Positions 61,434 to 64,000 of a stretch of 64,000 nucleotides of DNA are shown one piece after another; positions within the stretch are counted from its first letter, which is position 1, and each line of letters begins with the position of its first letter. Position numbers and translations under genes: made by a program. Below the pieces are notes generated by a model. The model saw only the letters and a list, made by a program, of their open reading frames with translations. It was not told where the DNA came from and made no database searches. This stretch comes from an uncultured Acidaminobacter sp. (lineage in GTDB: Bacteria > Bacillota > Clostridia > Peptostreptococcales > Acidaminobacteraceae): positions 43,797-107,796 of the forward strand of contig CAYQDM010000005.1 in assembly GCA_964416305.1 (NCBI GenBank), given 5' to 3'.

Positions 61434-63419
61434 TTAAACTTCTTGAAATCTAACCGGATCAAAGGCTTCGCCATCTCCGGAATAATATTTGCTGAACAGT
61501 TCGTAATACATCAATCGGAGTCCCTGGATCATGACGATCAGTCCCTCAAGGAAAATGACAATGAGGTTGCCCAGGAAAAACATCAAGATTTCTCCGCCCA
61601 GATTCCCGATCAGGGCACCCATGGTGTGAAACGCAACGAACAGACCGACATGGTTAAGAGCGAAGGCACCCACACGAATGAACGAAATACTGTTGGAAAG
61701 AAAACTCAAAAAAGTTTCCAGGATGTCAAAACCACTCTCCACGTAGTATTCCGACATTTTTTCGTGATAGAGCGGCCGTGCGCCCTTCATCAGGTTGGCC
61801 AGGGGTTCGCGCCCAATAATGACACCCACACTGGCCAGGACGAGGATTACTGTCATGAACGTTGGCAGCCCTGGTAACTTGAAAGCTGTTTTCAATACCG
61901 CCTGAATCAAGGTGAGATAGAGAACAAGTCCGGCGACGCCATTGCGGCCAAGCCAGCCCTCCTGCACATCTCCAATCCGCAGCTTGTTGAGAATACTGTA
62001 GGCAAAACTAATGAGCAATAAAAAGACTCCAACGCCTACCGATACGCCCAATATGGTATTGATGTTCTCAATAGGCCTGAGAAAAGGCATGAATGGAAAT
62101 AATTTCGAAATCAGGTGCTCATAACCGAAAAAGCTGTCATAAAAGAATCCGAAGAAGGCTGAGCTGATTCCTAGTCTGGCCAAAATATGGAAATACAAGT
62201 TGTCGGGATTTTTTTTCGTCAGCACCATACCTGTGAGAAAGAGCACTATGCCTTGACCGAGGTCGCCAAACATGGCACCGAACAAAGTCATGTAGGTCAG
62301 TCCAAAAAAGACCGTAGGGTCAGTTTCATTGTAGGCGGGCGTGCCGTACATGTTGACCAGCATTTCGAAGGGTTTCACCAACCAGCGATTCTTTAGCAGC
62401 GTCGGCGGTGTATGCTTTTCAATAGCGTTGCTGGTGTCATTGAACAGGACAATCGTACCTGGGCCCAGTTTTTTGATTCTCTCTTCGAAGACCGCTTCGT
62501 CCCGTTCAGGAATCCATCCGGCCAGATAAAAGAAATTCCTCGTCGTCGCTATGCTGCGTCGCATTTTTACCTTGACCCGCTCCAAGGCCAAAGCGTTGAC
62601 ACTAGCTTGAATCTCATTCTCATAGGAGCGTTTGAAGACCTCCAGCTCCTTGAGTTTCGCGGCTATTTCAATTTCAATTTCTTCCTGGCGTGCTCGAATC
62701 CTTCGCAGCGCCTCTGGCGCTTTGACTTTATAGGCATCCGGGATAGAAATTTCCTCAAAATAGACCGATCTGAGAATTCGGTCCGTCTCTGCGTCGAGTT
62801 CCTTTGGCGAAATGATCAGCTCGGCTTCACCACGATCTATGGTGTCCAGATGCATGACGACCGCAGTGATATTTTCGTAATTCAATGACAGCTTATATCT
62901 GTTTTCCTTTGAGAGTACGCCCAGTCTGGCTGAGAAATGTTCCATAGTGGTGATCTCTTCAAGGTCGACCTCAGTTTCCTGAAGCTTTCCAAGGCATTCA
63001 AGTTCTTTGAGATGGACGCGTTCTTCCCGCAGTGCTGATAAAACACTATAGGCACCGCTGACCTCTTCGGTAAAGAGGTCGATCTGCGTCTCCACCCGCT
63101 CAAGTGTCCAGTCCCAGACCGGATCTTCAAGATAAGCGCTGTCAATTTTCTTCTCAAGGTCCAGCATCATAAGCAGCTTCTCAGCTTTTTCCATCAGCGC
63201 CTTAGGATCCACCTGAGTTTTATAAGGCTCAATGCGGCACATATTCAAGATTTCGTCGCGATTCTCATCTACCATGCTAAGCCTGAAGTTGCTTTCTTCA
63301 ATTTCGTGATATGCGTTGACGAGCTGAATACGCTCAAACAGAGCGATCTCTTTAAGCACTTCGTCCAGCAGCGCTAAATCTGCTACCAGATTCACCATGC
63401 TCATTTTTTCAACGGACAT
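61434..63419 (-). CDS. ntpI: V/A-type ATPase subunit I (a)
   Basis: 661 aa with an N-terminal cytoplasmic coiled-coil half and a C-terminal polytopic half. The latter carries the conserved Arg region (SFIRVGAFALNH). Confidence 0.92.
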   Translation of the reverse strand: MSVEKMSMVNLVADLALLDEVLKEIALFERIQLVNAYHEIEESNFRLSMVDENRDEILNMCRIEPYKTQVDPKALMEKAEKLLMMLDLEKKIDSAYLEDPVWDWTLERVETQIDLFTEEVSGAYSVLSALREERVHLKELECLGKLQETEVDLEEITTMEHFSARLGVLSKENRYKLSLNYENITAVVMHLDTIDRGEAELIISPKELDAETDRILRSVYFEEISIPDAYKVKAPEALRRIRARQEEIEIEIAAKLKELEVFKRSYENEIQASVNALALERVKVKMRRSIATTRNFFYLAGWIPERDEAVFEERIKKLGPGTIVLFNDTSNAIEKHTPPTLLKNRWLVKPFEMLVNMYGTPAYNETDPTVFFGLTYMTLFGAMFGDLGQGIVLFLTGMVLTKKNPDNLYFHILARLGISSAFFGFFYDSFFGYEHLISKLFPFMPFLRPIENINTILGVSVGVGVFLLLISFAYSILNKLRIGDVQEGWLGRNGVAGLVLYLTLIQAVLKTAFKLPGLPTFMTVILVLASVGVIIGREPLANLMKGARPLYHEKMSEYYVESGFDILETFLSFLSNSISFIRVGAFALNHVGLFVAFHTMGALIGNLGGEILMFFLGNLIVIFLEGLIVMIQGLRLMYYELFSKYYSGDGEAFDPVRFQEV

Positions 63420-63425
63420 TCAGCC

Positions 63426-64000
63426 TCACCCCCTCAGTTCCCTTATTAAGAATTTCCGGCAGGCTTCGCTGCTGATGTTGTAGCGTTTGGATTCGACAAT
63501 AGTGAACAGGTCCCGCATTTCATACTCGAGTCTGTGAAGGTACACCATAGGCTCTGTAATAGTCATGGGGTATTCCATGCGCAATTTGTCGAACAGCTTG
63601 TAAAGATACCGGTCCATCAGGATTTCTAAGTTCAGTTCAAAGTGTTCTGTTTGCTCAAACATGAAGCCATATGGTGATGCCCGCAGCACCCGGCTGATAT
63701 CATCCAGGGAAGGCAGGTAGCACAGCTCTTTGAGTCGTTTGTAAGAAAAGTATTTGCCGTTCAGCAGCGTGTAGTTCAGGATCTCCTCAGGCAGCAGCTG
63801 ATAATAGCGCCTGCCTCTGTACACCCATTGGATGTTCAGCATGTCAATATTCCGCTTCAGGACTTCACCAACAGCCTTTTGATCTGCAGCGTCCAGCTTT
63901 TCTGTACGCTGGGACAGCTTCTTGAAATACAGTCGGTCCAGGTTCATCTCGACATAAAACATCATTCTGGTAGGCTCTTCGTCCTTATAGTACTCAATCA
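63426..64000 (-). CDS. ntpC: V/A-type ATPase subunit C (d), 3' part; the gene continues past the window end
   Basis: The reading frame stays open upstream of the ORF-track ATG at 63965 (…IEYYKDEEPTRMMFYVE…). The position upstream of subunit I and the helical repeat pattern fit subunit C/d. Confidence 0.7.
   Translation of the reverse strand, partial: IEYYKDEEPTRMMFYVEMNLDRLYFKKLSQRTEKLDAADQKAVGEVLKRNIDMLNIQWVYRGRRYYQLLPEEILNYTLLNGKYFSYKRLKELCYLPSLDDISRVLRASPYGFMFEQTEHFELNLEILMDRYLYKLFDKLRMEYPMTITEPMVYLHRLEYEMRDLFTIVESKRYNISSEACRKFLIRELRG

Overview
This 64 kb window looks like a Clostridia-type acetogen chromosome, with gene content reminiscent of Eubacterium or Acetobacterium; that placement is inference only. 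All product calls come from motif recognition in the supplied ORF translations and hand inspection of the DNA. No searches were run.

The window has two parts.

(1) Positions ~1-17.5 kb are a visibly lower-GC accessory block. It encodes a corrinoid-dependent methyl-transfer system:
- two URO-D-fold methyltransferases, a B12-binding corrinoid protein, a RamA-like reductive activase and a pterin-binding methyl-THF methyltransferase;
- an MTHFR-like gene followed by etfB-etfA;
- three regulators: a sigma-54 enhancer-binding protein, a PocR-AraC regulator and an AraC regulator;
- three good sigma-54 promoter matches;
- an alcohol dehydrogenase / MBL-hydrolase pair.

(2) Positions ~17.6-64 kb are housekeeping, almost all on the minus strand:
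- metK behind a SAM-I riboswitch;
- cell-envelope genes (murA, mreB, fabZ, tagO, wecB);
- nucleotide and translation genes (upp, rpiB, tsaC, selU, prfA, prmC, tdk, rpmE);
- a complete F1Fo ATP synthase operon;
- a kce-kal pair;
- a V/A-type ATPase operon that runs off the right edge.

The most unusual object is in the F-type operon. Next to a normal 86-aa c subunit with a Na+-type signature sits a 267-aa c subunit made of three fused hairpins. Only the first hairpin keeps the ion-binding glutamate. The second lead is the MTHFR-like gene coupled to a bifurcating-type EtfBA inside the methyltransferase cluster.

I saw no CRISPR arrays, tRNA or rRNA genes, or transposases.
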